Positions 26,820-35,563 of a stretch of DNA of 47,070 nt are shown here, one piece after another. The notes below the pieces were generated by a model. The model had not been told where the DNA came from, searched no databases, and saw only the letters and a list, made by a program, of their open reading frames with translations. Where the stretch lies: the NCBI GenBank assembly GCA_021823825.1, contig JAKANJ010000001.1:1-47070 (forward strand). The letters are read 5' to 3'. The translations under genes and the position numbers were made by a program. The DNA comes from a bacterium (GTDB lineage: Bacteria > Patescibacteriota > Minisyncoccia > Phycocordibacterales > UBA1550). Position 1 is the first letter of the stretch; each line of letters begins with the position of its first letter.

Positions 26820-27588
26820 TAGCAAGCCATTGATCCAAAGAAACATCTTCGGCCCGGGCATTTTCCTTTATCCCCACATCACGCAATATTTGTTGGGCCT
26901 CGCTGCCTAAAACTTCTTTTAGGTTGCCAGCAAGGACTTTACGTTTGTGTGCAAAGCCGTTTTTTACTATTTCAAAAAATGCGCCTTCTTCCTCTCTGTT
27001 TTTAAACTTTTTGTTTGAAATATTGTCTATTAAAAGAATAGCGGAATCAACGCGTGGTGCTGGGGTGAAGTAACGCGCAGGGACTTTTTTAATAAAATGG
27101 GGTGTGCCATATGCTTTTACGGAAATGGAGAGGATACTTTCTTTATTGTCTCGCGCGACAATTCGTGTTGCCACCTCTTTTTGAACCATGAGAACCATTG
27201 TTTCAGGCTTGGAACTTGATTCAAGAAATATTCGCAATAGGTATCCGGTGAGATAGTATGGAATATTTGCCACAAGTTTATAATGCTTCGGAAGATCAAG
27301 TTTCTTCTCCTCAAGAAGATTTACGATATCGCCATGAATCAGTGTAAGCTTTTGCTTTTTGATAGCGTCTCCAAATGTATTTTCTAGGAGCGGAATCATT
27401 CGGTCGTCCTTCTCCACTGCAATAACGTGCGCGCCAGACTCAAGCAGTTCTGTGGTGAGAAACCCTTTTCCGGGGCCAATTTCAAGAACGGTATCTGTTG
27501 GGGCGAGTAGAGCGGTGCGAACAATATCCCGTGCAACACCTTTGGCGTTTAGGAAGTTCTGCCCAAGAGATTTCTTTGCATGTACCAT
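26794..27588 (-). CDS. rsmA: 16S rRNA (adenine1518/1519-N6)-dimethyltransferase RsmA/KsgA
   Basis: KKSLGQNFL, the SAM motif VLEIGPGKGFLT and NIPYYLT. The ATG at 27588 is preferred. Confidence 0.93.
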   Translation of the reverse strand: MVHAKKSLGQNFLNAKGVARDIVRTALLAPTDTVLEIGPGKGFLTTELLESGAHVIAVEKDDRMIPLLENTFGDAIKKQKLTLIHGDIVNLLEEKKLDLPKHYKLVANIPYYLTGYLLRIFLESSSKPETMVLMVQKEVATRIVARDNKESILSISVKAYGTPHFIKKVPARYFTPAPRVDSAILLIDNISNKKFKNREEEGAFFEIVKNGFAHKRKVLAGNLKEVLGSEAQQILRDVGIKENARAEDVSLDQWLAITTKSPLK

Positions 27589-27611
27589 AGGTGGTTTATT
27601 ATAACAAAAAG

Positions 27612-29555
27612 CTACCAATCAAGGCGGATTATCGGCTCATGCTCGCTGTCCCCCGCCTCAAGCTCAATGTACGCATCGTCAATATCTGCAAGAAATTCTG
27701 ATGGAAGATTTACTTGGCGCTTACCAAAAATAGTTCGCACCGACGCATAGGAGAGAAATAGTTTTTTCTTTGCGCGAGTAATTGCAACATAGAATAAGCG
27801 GCGTTCTTCCTCTTCATCTTCCTTTGTCACATTCCCCGCACTCATTTTACGATGGGGGAAAAGGTCTTGTTCGAGGCCTGTAATAAAAACATAAGGAAAC
27901 TCGAGTCCCTTTGCTGCGTGTACGGTCATAATTTTTACAGCACTTTCGCTCTTAATAAGAGAGTCCTGGTCACTTGCGAGCGCGGCATCCGCAAGAAGTC
28001 TCTCCACCGCTTCCTCTGGTGGCAGAAAATCGTATTTTGTAGCAAGGGTCACCATTTCATGAATGTTCTCAAGGCGGTCATTGTCTTCGTCAGAGCCTGT
28101 TTTTAAAGAAGCCTCAATCCCTGTTTTTTCAGAAACAAATTTAATAAGTTTTGATGTTTTTTCTACCGATGCGTACTCGCGAATGCTAGACAAAAGCTGC
28201 CAAAACTCTGCTACACGCTTTTTTGCTGCGGGTGCGAGACTCTCTTCATCTTTTGCAAACATTTTAATAAGCGTAGATTTTCCGATTCCGCGCGGGGGCA
28301 CGTCAATGATTCGTTTGATATCCGAGAAACTTTCTGGATTAAGCGCTGCACGTATAAAAGAAAGAATGTCCTTTACTTCTTTTCGTTCAAAAAAACGAAC
28401 GCCTAAAACTTGGTAGGGAATTTCCATTACAAGAAACCCCTCTTCGAGTGCTCTTGATTGAAAGTTCGCACGATAGAGAACCGCAATTTCTTCGGGTTTT
28501 ACCCCGTTGTCAATAAGCTTTTTGATCCGATCCCCCACCGTTCGAGCTTCGCCGTTTTCGTCATAACTTTGAAGCAGGGTAATTTTTTCGCCCTCGTCAT
28601 TTTTAGTAAATAAATTTTTATCTTTTCTGATGGTGTTTTTTTTGATTACATCGTTTGCAGCAGCGAGAATGGTTTGCGTTGAACGATAATTTTCTTCAAG
28701 GAGGACTGTTTGCGCACCATTGTAGTCTTTCTCAAAATTTAAAATATTTTGAACGTTTGCCCCTCGCCAGCTATAAATATTTTGGTCACCGTCACCAACT
28801 GCGCAGATGTTCATGCGGTCACCAGCAAGAAGCCGTGCGAGCTCGTACTGCACGCCATTAGTGTCTTGGTATTCGTCAATGTGAATATACTGCCATCTTT
28901 TTTGGTATTCCTTTCTCACATTTTCGTGGTCTCGGAGAAGGAGAACTGTTTTCAGCAATAAGTCATCAAAATCAAGCGACTGCTCTCGCGCAAGGGACGC
29001 TTCGTATCGATCCCACACTGATGATACAATTCCGCCAAAATAGGTACTTCCAGACTCCCTGCGGTATTCCGAGGCGGTCATTAGGTTGCCTTTTTGGCGC
29101 GAGATAACGCCAGCAATTCTGTCGGGAGAAAATTGTTTTATATCAAGCCCTTGAGCTTTCACCGCTTCTTTAATAAGCGAAAGTGAATTAGTTTTATCTA
29201 GAATCGTAAAATGCCTTGTTAAACCAAAAACATGAGCGTGTGCACGAAGAATATAGACTCCAAGGGAGTGAAATGTTCCGATAAAAGGGCGCGCATCACC
29301 ATCGCGGACACCCGCGGCGAACCCGTGTTTTTCAAGGAGCGAGTCAACGCGTTCAAGCATTTCCTTTGCTGCCTTATTGGTGAAGGTGATTGCCAAAATA
29401 TTTTGTGGGGCTACCCCTTCTTTTATAAGGTTAAGAATGCGATGGGTGAGAGTGCTTGTTTTTCCTGTTCCTGCACCAGCAATAATAAGCATGGGCCCAT
29501 CCTTATGCAGGGCCGCCTTTTTTTGCATATTATTTAAGTGCTCTAAGTGTTCCAT
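27612..29555 (-). CDS. pcrA: UvrD/PcrA-family ATP-dependent DNA helicase
   Basis: Motif I AGAGTGKTSTL, motif II HIDEYQDTN, then TVHAAKGLEF and RRLFYVAITRAKKKL. The ATG at 29555 (MEHLEHLNNMQKKA) is preferred over the upstream extension. Confidence 0.93.
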   Translation of the reverse strand: MEHLEHLNNMQKKAALHKDGPMLIIAGAGTGKTSTLTHRILNLIKEGVAPQNILAITFTNKAAKEMLERVDSLLEKHGFAAGVRDGDARPFIGTFHSLGVYILRAHAHVFGLTRHFTILDKTNSLSLIKEAVKAQGLDIKQFSPDRIAGVISRQKGNLMTASEYRRESGSTYFGGIVSSVWDRYEASLAREQSLDFDDLLLKTVLLLRDHENVRKEYQKRWQYIHIDEYQDTNGVQYELARLLAGDRMNICAVGDGDQNIYSWRGANVQNILNFEKDYNGAQTVLLEENYRSTQTILAAANDVIKKNTIRKDKNLFTKNDEGEKITLLQSYDENGEARTVGDRIKKLIDNGVKPEEIAVLYRANFQSRALEEGFLVMEIPYQVLGVRFFERKEVKDILSFIRAALNPESFSDIKRIIDVPPRGIGKSTLIKMFAKDEESLAPAAKKRVAEFWQLLSSIREYASVEKTSKLIKFVSEKTGIEASLKTGSDEDNDRLENIHEMVTLATKYDFLPPEEAVERLLADAALASDQDSLIKSESAVKIMTVHAAKGLEFPYVFITGLEQDLFPHRKMSAGNVTKEDEEEERRLFYVAITRAKKKLFLSYASVRTIFGKRQVNLPSEFLADIDDAYIELEAGDSEHEPIIRLDW

Positions 29556-29620
29556 CCGTGCTACTGTAGCACAAAATTGCCAGAACGTATTTTTAAATTC
29601 TGTCGATTGCGTGCCCCGTA

Positions 29621-29671
29621 ATAACATAGGGCGCATTTTGAAAGTAGTTTTCAAAATGCGCCCTATGTTAT
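29621..29671. repeat. 51-nt perfect hairpin (23-bp stem, 5-nt loop)
   Basis: ataacatagggcgcattttgaaa gtagt tttcaaaatgcgccctatgttat. It lies between the stop of the 112-aa gene (29695) and the helicase start (29555). Confidence 0.8.
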
Positions 29672-29694
29672 GTTAAACGTGCACGTTGTTGTGT

Positions 29695-30033
29695 CTACAG
29701 GGTGGCCTCATCAGGAAGATCTTCCTTCGCAATGTGTTCTGCGGGGTGCTCCTTAAAGCTCAGTATTACTTTTTTGAGCTCTTGCTCCATCATTTGGTGA
29801 AGGCCAGGTGCATTTTCCTCAAGAAACAACTGAATGTGTGTGGGGTCTCCTGTGGCAGTTATACGATCAAACTCCTCTCTTGCTGCGGGGGTGAGCCTTT
29901 CAAAAATAGCAGCAGTCAAGGATCGTAAAACGATCTCCCCTATTTTCCCAACGATCTCGTCTTGTGCCTCTCCAGAGAGATTTTCAATGCCGAGTTCTTT
30001 TATTAACGTTTCACGGATTGCTTGATTGTTCAT
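29695..30033 (-). CDS. Small acidic helical protein, unknown function
   Basis: 112 aa, 4 nt downstream of the 732-aa gene and probably co-transcribed. No motif recognised. Confidence 0.6.
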   Translation of the reverse strand: MNNQAIRETLIKELGIENLSGEAQDEIVGKIGEIVLRSLTAAIFERLTPAAREEFDRITATGDPTHIQLFLEENAPGLHQMMEQELKKVILSFKEHPAEHIAKEDLPDEATL

Positions 30034-30037
30034 ATTG

Positions 30038-32236
30038 CTATTTTTCTGCTTTTTTTGTAAATCTATTAATTGTAATTGCTGCTGCCCGGGTTAGATAATC
30101 CTCTGCCTTTTCTTGGGGTTCTGGGTGGACGTCTGTTTCTGCAATTGCAAGAGCAAGGTACTCACGCATTTTTTTTGTTGCCTCCGGGTTGTTTATACCA
30201 ATGTTTTTCATCCCAGGTTTCAAAACTGAAGGTTCTGGCTTTGCCTCCAGAATTTCCGCAACTGTTTTTCCAGAAAATCCCCAAAGCTCATCCTTCCAGT
30301 GGGGTGAGTTTGCTCCTTCCATCTTTCCTAACCCCCAAAAACCTTTTCGGCCCCAAAAAATATTGAGATGCTCGCGTACTTGTGCATCTGCTGACGCCAG
30401 TATCTGTGGATCGTGGGGCATTATTTCCTGTGGCATTGTTTGTGGCTGTTCATGGTTTTCGACTGTGGGCAGCGGGTCATCAATAACCTCCTTTTCAACA
30501 GGCAATGGGGCAATCGGTTTTTCCGCAGTCTTCATTTGGACGCGTTTTTCTGCGTCTGCAAGCATTTGCTCGTGAGAATAGACCAACGTATCGTTGCTGT
30601 CTGGGCTAAATTGCTCCCTTGGATCAGGCGTTGGTGATTCATGCAGCACTTCTTTTTCTGTGAAAGTACTACTTTCCACAGCAGATGAAATTTTTTTTAT
30701 TTCTGATTGGGCAGAAGTAAACACCGGGGACTGTTTTTTATCGTCTGTTGGATACAAGTCATCTCGAATTACTGGATCCAGGTCGGGTTCGCTAATAGGC
30801 AAAAAAATAGAGTTGCTATCTTCGGGTTTTTTTACAGGATCAATTTTTTTGTATTCTGTTAGAGGTTTTGTTTCCTTCACATCGACAAGATAATCTTTTT
30901 TCTTCGCTTGTTGTTTGGTACTTTCAGGTAGCTTGTCTTTTAGTGGAGGAAAGATCCCCTTGGTCTTCATAAAATTTTCAATTACGACAGAAGCTGCTCG
31001 GTAGAGATAATCCTCAACCTTTTCAGATTTTTCTGGGGTGACGCCAGATTCATCCATTGCAAAGGTAAGATATCCTTGTATTTTTTTAAGTGCTACAGGA
31101 CTTTTAATACCAATTTGTTTTTCCACTGCCGGGGATTGCGTTGGCACCATCTGCAGTACTTCGCTTGCTGTTTTTTTACTAAACCCGACAAGTGCGTCGT
31201 TCCAGTCAGGAGAAGTGCTCCCTGATTTTTTGCCAATACCAAGGAACCCCTTAGACCCAAAAAGAAAATCAAGATGCTTCCGCACCTGTCTTTTTGCGTA
31301 TGCAAAGGCTTGTGGGTTGCTTGGCTGTGCACTCTTTGAAACGGCTGGTTCCACGCTTGTTGTGGGCATGGAAGGACTTTGCGTGTCCACTGAAGAAGAT
31401 CCTTTTAGTAAGTCCTCTCCAATAGATATTTTCTCTTCAGGTTTTTCATCAACAAGTGGTTTAATGGGCTCTGCTGGTGTCTCGTTTGCAATGGGTATCG
31501 TTTGTGACACGGGAGCTTTGTTAGAAGAAGCTTCTTTGTCAGCATTTGCTTCTTCGTGGGTATAGAGAACACTCTCCTCGGGCGCCCCGTCTGCCTTATT
31601 AGACGAATCATACCCTTCGCTTTTTTTGACAAGGTCTGAAATTTCTTGGTGAAGAGTAAATGCTGTTGCTCTAGATCTGTTTACTTCCCCTTCTGCTTGT
31701 TTGTCTTCAGGGTTCAAGTTGAATCGATGCTCTGCCGCTGCCTGATGGGTGCGCAAGTGGTCGTAATCACGCCACTTTTTAATAAGGTCTGCCATCATTG
31801 CGCGATCTCTGGAAAAAGACTTTTCTGGAATAATTTTAGAAAGTGTTTGAGATCGGTCGCGCGCTTCCTCTATTAGTGTTTCTAGGCGTTTTGTTGTGCT
31901 TTTGGTAAGTCCCGCCCTTTTTGCTTCCTCAAGTTGCTTTTCAAGAATGCGAACCTGCTCAATGAGACCTGATTTGTCCGACTCGAGGCGTGCGATGTCA
32001 TGCTCAAGGTGCCCTTCCGACATTTGGATATGGTGAATGGAGCGTTTAATATCTGGATTTGTTTTTCCAATACGTCCATATGTGTGGACGGGAGGGTGGT
32101 GTATTGCAGGTCTACTTTTTTTTACAGGATCAACGGTGCCCGTGGTTGACTGGTCTGCTGCTTTTGATGGGTCAATGTTCTTGTTTTGTGTGTCGTCTTT
32201 TTGAATATCCATACAATTATTCCAATAGTATCGCAT
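30038..32236 (-). CDS. Large orphan protein: N-terminal coiled coil, disordered linkers, two copies of a ~117-aa domain
   Basis: The internal repeat is aa 311-427 (RKHLDFLFGSKGFLGIGKKSGSTSPDWNDALVGFSKKTASEVL...) versus the C-terminal REHLNIFWGRKGFWGLGKMEGANSPHWKDELWGFSGKTVAEIL.... No signal peptide. Confidence 0.75.
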   Translation of the reverse strand: MRYYWNNCMDIQKDDTQNKNIDPSKAADQSTTGTVDPVKKSRPAIHHPPVHTYGRIGKTNPDIKRSIHHIQMSEGHLEHDIARLESDKSGLIEQVRILEKQLEEAKRAGLTKSTTKRLETLIEEARDRSQTLSKIIPEKSFSRDRAMMADLIKKWRDYDHLRTHQAAAEHRFNLNPEDKQAEGEVNRSRATAFTLHQEISDLVKKSEGYDSSNKADGAPEESVLYTHEEANADKEASSNKAPVSQTIPIANETPAEPIKPLVDEKPEEKISIGEDLLKGSSSVDTQSPSMPTTSVEPAVSKSAQPSNPQAFAYAKRQVRKHLDFLFGSKGFLGIGKKSGSTSPDWNDALVGFSKKTASEVLQMVPTQSPAVEKQIGIKSPVALKKIQGYLTFAMDESGVTPEKSEKVEDYLYRAASVVIENFMKTKGIFPPLKDKLPESTKQQAKKKDYLVDVKETKPLTEYKKIDPVKKPEDSNSIFLPISEPDLDPVIRDDLYPTDDKKQSPVFTSAQSEIKKISSAVESSTFTEKEVLHESPTPDPREQFSPDSNDTLVYSHEQMLADAEKRVQMKTAEKPIAPLPVEKEVIDDPLPTVENHEQPQTMPQEIMPHDPQILASADAQVREHLNIFWGRKGFWGLGKMEGANSPHWKDELWGFSGKTVAEILEAKPEPSVLKPGMKNIGINNPEATKKMREYLALAIAETDVHPEPQEKAEDYLTRAAAITINRFTKKAEK

Positions 32237-32303
32237 ATTTTTTCATCTGTGTATAACTAAGCACTAAAATATTATTGAAAATGTAAAAACTTGACCATTT
32301 TTG

Positions 32304-32312
32304 TTATCCACA
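32304..32312. promoter_or_regulatory. Perfect DnaA box TTATCCACA
   Basis: An exact 9-mer in the 316-nt spacer between the 732-aa gene and the LysM-M23 peptidase gene. It lies just downstream of a TTGACC hexamer at 32291-32296. Confidence 0.45.
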
Positions 32313-32552
32313 GCATAGAACTAGACGAATCTCCTCAAGAGGGTCATTTTGTGGTAGTCTTTAGGGTAGCAATGGGGGTTGGCCCCTTCGCTCTCCGAAC
32401 AGACGATATCTCCCGACACGAACGCATGACGGACACGGTTCATAACAAATAGACTTATTTCTACTAAATTTCATGACCCCCTCCAGAGGCGCATTGGCGC
32501 AGGTTGGGCGAAATATGCTTACGTTTCAAGGCTCGCTAGCATCGGGCTTCCT

Positions 32553-33548
32553 TTGCTATTTATTGGGGTTTGGCTAAGTACGTCGCATACGCAAATTGCA
32601 TCTGCAAGTCAGGTTTCTATTTTGAACTCCGAGAACTCCCAAACAATTGACCTCCTCCAAGCGGGATCAATGATTGACCAAAACGGTGGTAAGGGAGGTG
32701 GAGACATTACTATTCTGGATAATACCGCAATAGCGCCCGATGCGGGACCAGCAGGGACTATCGCAGATATCCAAGCAAATGATTATCAGGGTGCTACGAG
32801 CGTATATATTGTTCACAAGGGCGACACCTTGCCACAGATTGCAAAAATGTTCAATTTAAATTTGGACACAATTCTTTGGGCAAACAATTTGACACGGAAC
32901 TCGGCAATTCATGAGGGAGATTCGCTCGTTATTCTCCCCGTTAACGGCGTTCAGCATATTGTAAAAAAGGGTGACACTATAAATAGTATTGCGAAGAAAT
33001 ACGGCGCAAAAGTTGCCGATGTTCTTGATTTTAACGATATTCTCGCTGGGCAGGTTCTTTCTGTTGGCGACATTATTATCGTTCCCAATGGGATAACACA
33101 AATCAATACCACCTCGAAATCATCATCTTCTCCGGTGGTGAGCTCTTTGGCTGCCGTGCGCGCAAGGCTCATCGCGTCCTATCCTTCTATGCCGGGATAC
33201 TTCAAGAACCCACTTCCTGAAGGACATAAAACACAAGGAATCCATGGATACAACGGTGTTGATCTTGCGGCACCTAAGGGTAGTCCTGTATATGCTGCGG
33301 CAGACGGTATTGTCTCTGTTAGCCACTTTAAACCTTTGACCGACCCATGGTTTGGCGGGTATGGTAACTATATTGATATTAATCACCCAAATGGGACGCA
33401 AACACGATATGCGCATCTTAGCGAAGTTTATGTAAAGGCTGGTGCGCACATAAGCCAAGGACAGATAATCGGTGCAGTTGGAAGCACGGGGGAATCAACA
33501 GGGCCACACCTCCACTTTGAAATTCACGGAGCAAAAAATCCTTTTTAA
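32553..33548 (+). CDS. Secreted LysM-LysM-M23 (lysostaphin-type) peptidoglycan endopeptidase; 5' end uncertain
   Basis: Two LysM repeats (YIVHKGDTLPQIAKMF..., HIVKKGDTINSIAKKY...). M23 motifs are HGYNGVDLAA, GNYIDINHPNG and TGPHLHFEI. The only in-frame canonical start is the TTG at 32553. Confidence 0.88.
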   Translation: MLFIGVWLSTSHTQIASASQVSILNSENSQTIDLLQAGSMIDQNGGKGGGDITILDNTAIAPDAGPAGTIADIQANDYQGATSVYIVHKGDTLPQIAKMFNLNLDTILWANNLTRNSAIHEGDSLVILPVNGVQHIVKKGDTINSIAKKYGAKVADVLDFNDILAGQVLSVGDIIIVPNGITQINTTSKSSSSPVVSSLAAVRARLIASYPSMPGYFKNPLPEGHKTQGIHGYNGVDLAAPKGSPVYAAADGIVSVSHFKPLTDPWFGGYGNYIDINHPNGTQTRYAHLSEVYVKAGAHISQGQIIGAVGSTGESTGPHLHFEIHGAKNPF

Positions 33549-33564
33549 CCCCACCTGAACCAGC

Positions 33565-33604
33565 AAAAAAGGTCCGACCTTTTGTAAAAGGTCGGACCTT
33601 TTTT
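33565..33604. terminator. Bidirectional intrinsic terminator (M23 peptidase / comM)
   Basis: aaaaaaGGTCCGACCttttgtaaaaGGTCGGACCtttttt between convergent genes. Confidence 0.85.
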
Positions 33605-33605
33605 G

Positions 33606-35144
33606 TTATCGCATCTCCTGCGGTCGGTATGCGAGAGCTTCAAGAATATGAGATTCAGTAATATCTGTTGACCCATCGAGGTCTGCAATTGTTCGTGCAA
33701 CCTTGAGTGTTTTGTGGTGCGCTCGCGGCGAGAGTTTAAGCTGTTCTGCGGAGGTATTAAATAATGTGCGCAGTTTTGGAGTTAAAATAATAAATTGTTC
33801 AATATCATTTGCACGCATCTCGCTGTTTGTTGTGATTGCTCGTTTATGATTGGCGAAGCGCAGTGCCTGGCGAGCGCGCGCCTGCGAAACCCTGTTACGA
33901 ACATCTATTGTTGATTCCCCTTTTTGTGTGTTTGAAAGTTTTTCATGACTCATATGAGAAACTTTCGCCCAAAGCTCAATGCGGTCAACGATTGGACCTG
34001 ATATTTTGCGCGTGTAGGATGCCAGCGTTCCCGGCATGCAGGTGCAACGCTCCTCACTGCCATATTTTCCGCACGGGCACGGGTTCATTGCTGCAATTAA
34101 TATGAAACGTGCGGGAAATGTCTCAAACCCTTTGCTTCTTGTTATTCGGATGTGGCCCTCCTCAAGAGGCTCACGAAGAGACTCGATAACGCGACGGTCA
34201 AACTCTGGAAACTCATCAAGGAAGAGAACACCTCGGTGTGCAAGGGTTATTTCTCCTGGTTTTGGTATCGCTCCACCCCCAATCACTGAAGGGTATGAAG
34301 CGGTATGGTGTGGTGCACGAAGTGGTGGTCTAACAATAATGTCCTCACGTAATGTTCCCGCAACCGAATGAATTCCTGTAACCTCGAGTGACTGTTCTTC
34401 TAAAAGATCTGGCAGAAGGTGGGGGAACGCTTGTGCAAGCATTGTTTTTCCTGTGCCGGGTGGTCCCCACATTGCAATATTGTGATTCCCTGCTGCCGCT
34501 ATCTCTAATGCTCGTTTAGTAAACTCTTGTCCCTTGATATGTTCAAAATCTACCATAGTTTCATCCTTGTATGTTTCCTGTTTAAGAGAGGGCGAATGAA
34601 TGTACGGCTTAATCTCAAAAGTTTTCTTTTTATCAAGATGGTCAATGACTTCACGGAGGGTGTTGGCCGGGTAAATCTGAATGTCAGCCACCAGTGACGC
34701 CTCTCGTGCGTTTGCTGTTGGGACAAAGATACTTGTAAGACCTACATCTTTTGCTCTGTGGGCAAGGAGTAAGGTTCCATGAATAGGACGAAGCGAGCCA
34801 TCAAGAGAAAGTTCCCCTAGAAACATTTTTTCGCTTGGGTCAAAGCCAATTTCGCCGGAAGCGTTAAGGTAGGCAAGCGCTATTGCGAGGTCGTAATGCG
34901 ACCCCTCTTTTTTGAGCTCAGCAGGAGCAAGGGAAATGACAATTTTCTGGTTCTTTTGCTTCGGTGAAGTAAACCCAGAGTTTTTTATTGCAGCGCTGAC
35001 TCTATCTTGAGATTCATCTACCGACGTGCTGGGAAGGCCCACTAACGAAAAAGCATGCAGACCTCGCGATAGGTCTACTTCAACATCTACAATATGAGCA
35101 ACAAGTCCAACTATCTGAGCAGAATACAGTTTGGAAAACTGCAT
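33606..35144 (-). CDS. comM: Mg-chelatase-like AAA+ protein ComM/YifB
   Basis: An N-terminal Lon-protease-like domain, Walker A MWGPPGTGKTMLA, Walker B VLFLDEFPEF, and the C-terminal ChlI/MCM-type region CPCGKYGSEERCTC. Confidence 0.92.
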   Translation of the reverse strand: MQFSKLYSAQIVGLVAHIVDVEVDLSRGLHAFSLVGLPSTSVDESQDRVSAAIKNSGFTSPKQKNQKIVISLAPAELKKEGSHYDLAIALAYLNASGEIGFDPSEKMFLGELSLDGSLRPIHGTLLLAHRAKDVGLTSIFVPTANAREASLVADIQIYPANTLREVIDHLDKKKTFEIKPYIHSPSLKQETYKDETMVDFEHIKGQEFTKRALEIAAAGNHNIAMWGPPGTGKTMLAQAFPHLLPDLLEEQSLEVTGIHSVAGTLREDIIVRPPLRAPHHTASYPSVIGGGAIPKPGEITLAHRGVLFLDEFPEFDRRVIESLREPLEEGHIRITRSKGFETFPARFILIAAMNPCPCGKYGSEERCTCMPGTLASYTRKISGPIVDRIELWAKVSHMSHEKLSNTQKGESTIDVRNRVSQARARQALRFANHKRAITTNSEMRANDIEQFIILTPKLRTLFNTSAEQLKLSPRAHHKTLKVARTIADLDGSTDITESHILEALAYRPQEMR

Positions 35145-35150
35145 AAAGCT

Positions 35151-35510
35151 TTACCCTTCTCGATGAGCGATGCAGGTGACTGCGGCAGGGTTAGCACGGA
35201 GACGAGCTTCCTCAATCTCTTCTTTGCAAACTCGACAAAGTCCATAGGTACCAAGCTCTATCCTTGTAAGTGCAGCATCAATTTCCATCAGGCGTGCCTC
35301 AAGCTCAACCTCAACTGCGGCATTTCCTTCAAACTCTTCTATGCTATCAGCAACATCATTTGGGTCTGCAGTTGGATTATTTAAATCTGGAGCGGAGGGT
35401 TCCCAGTCACCCTTAATCTCCGGATTTTTGTGCGCAATGCCGGTGAGCTCTCCCTCAATGCGCGCTTTTTCTTTAAGAAGCAGTTTTTTGTAGTCTGATG
35501 TATTTTTCAT
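35151..35510 (-). CDS. DksA/TraR-family C4 zinc-finger protein
   Basis: A coiled-coil N-terminal part, with C-terminal CRVCKEEIEEARLRANPAAVTCIAH supplying Cys pairs. The ATG at 35510 is preferred. Confidence 0.75.
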   Translation of the reverse strand: MKNTSDYKKLLLKEKARIEGELTGIAHKNPEIKGDWEPSAPDLNNPTADPNDVADSIEEFEGNAAVEVELEARLMEIDAALTRIELGTYGLCRVCKEEIEEARLRANPAAVTCIAHREG

Positions 35511-35563
35511 ACGGTACAGTGTACCCCGACGGTTGTTCAAAAACAAGCGCACCTTACGAGAAA

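Noticed and set aside
32320-32450. A c-di-AMP (ydaO-type) riboswitch upstream of the LysM-M23 peptidase
   Set aside because: The gene class fits and CCGAAC and CCCGACA strings occur. However, the hallmark GGGGUGAAUC and CAGCUAACCUCGUAAGCG blocks are missing, so this is kept only as an unassigned possible leader.
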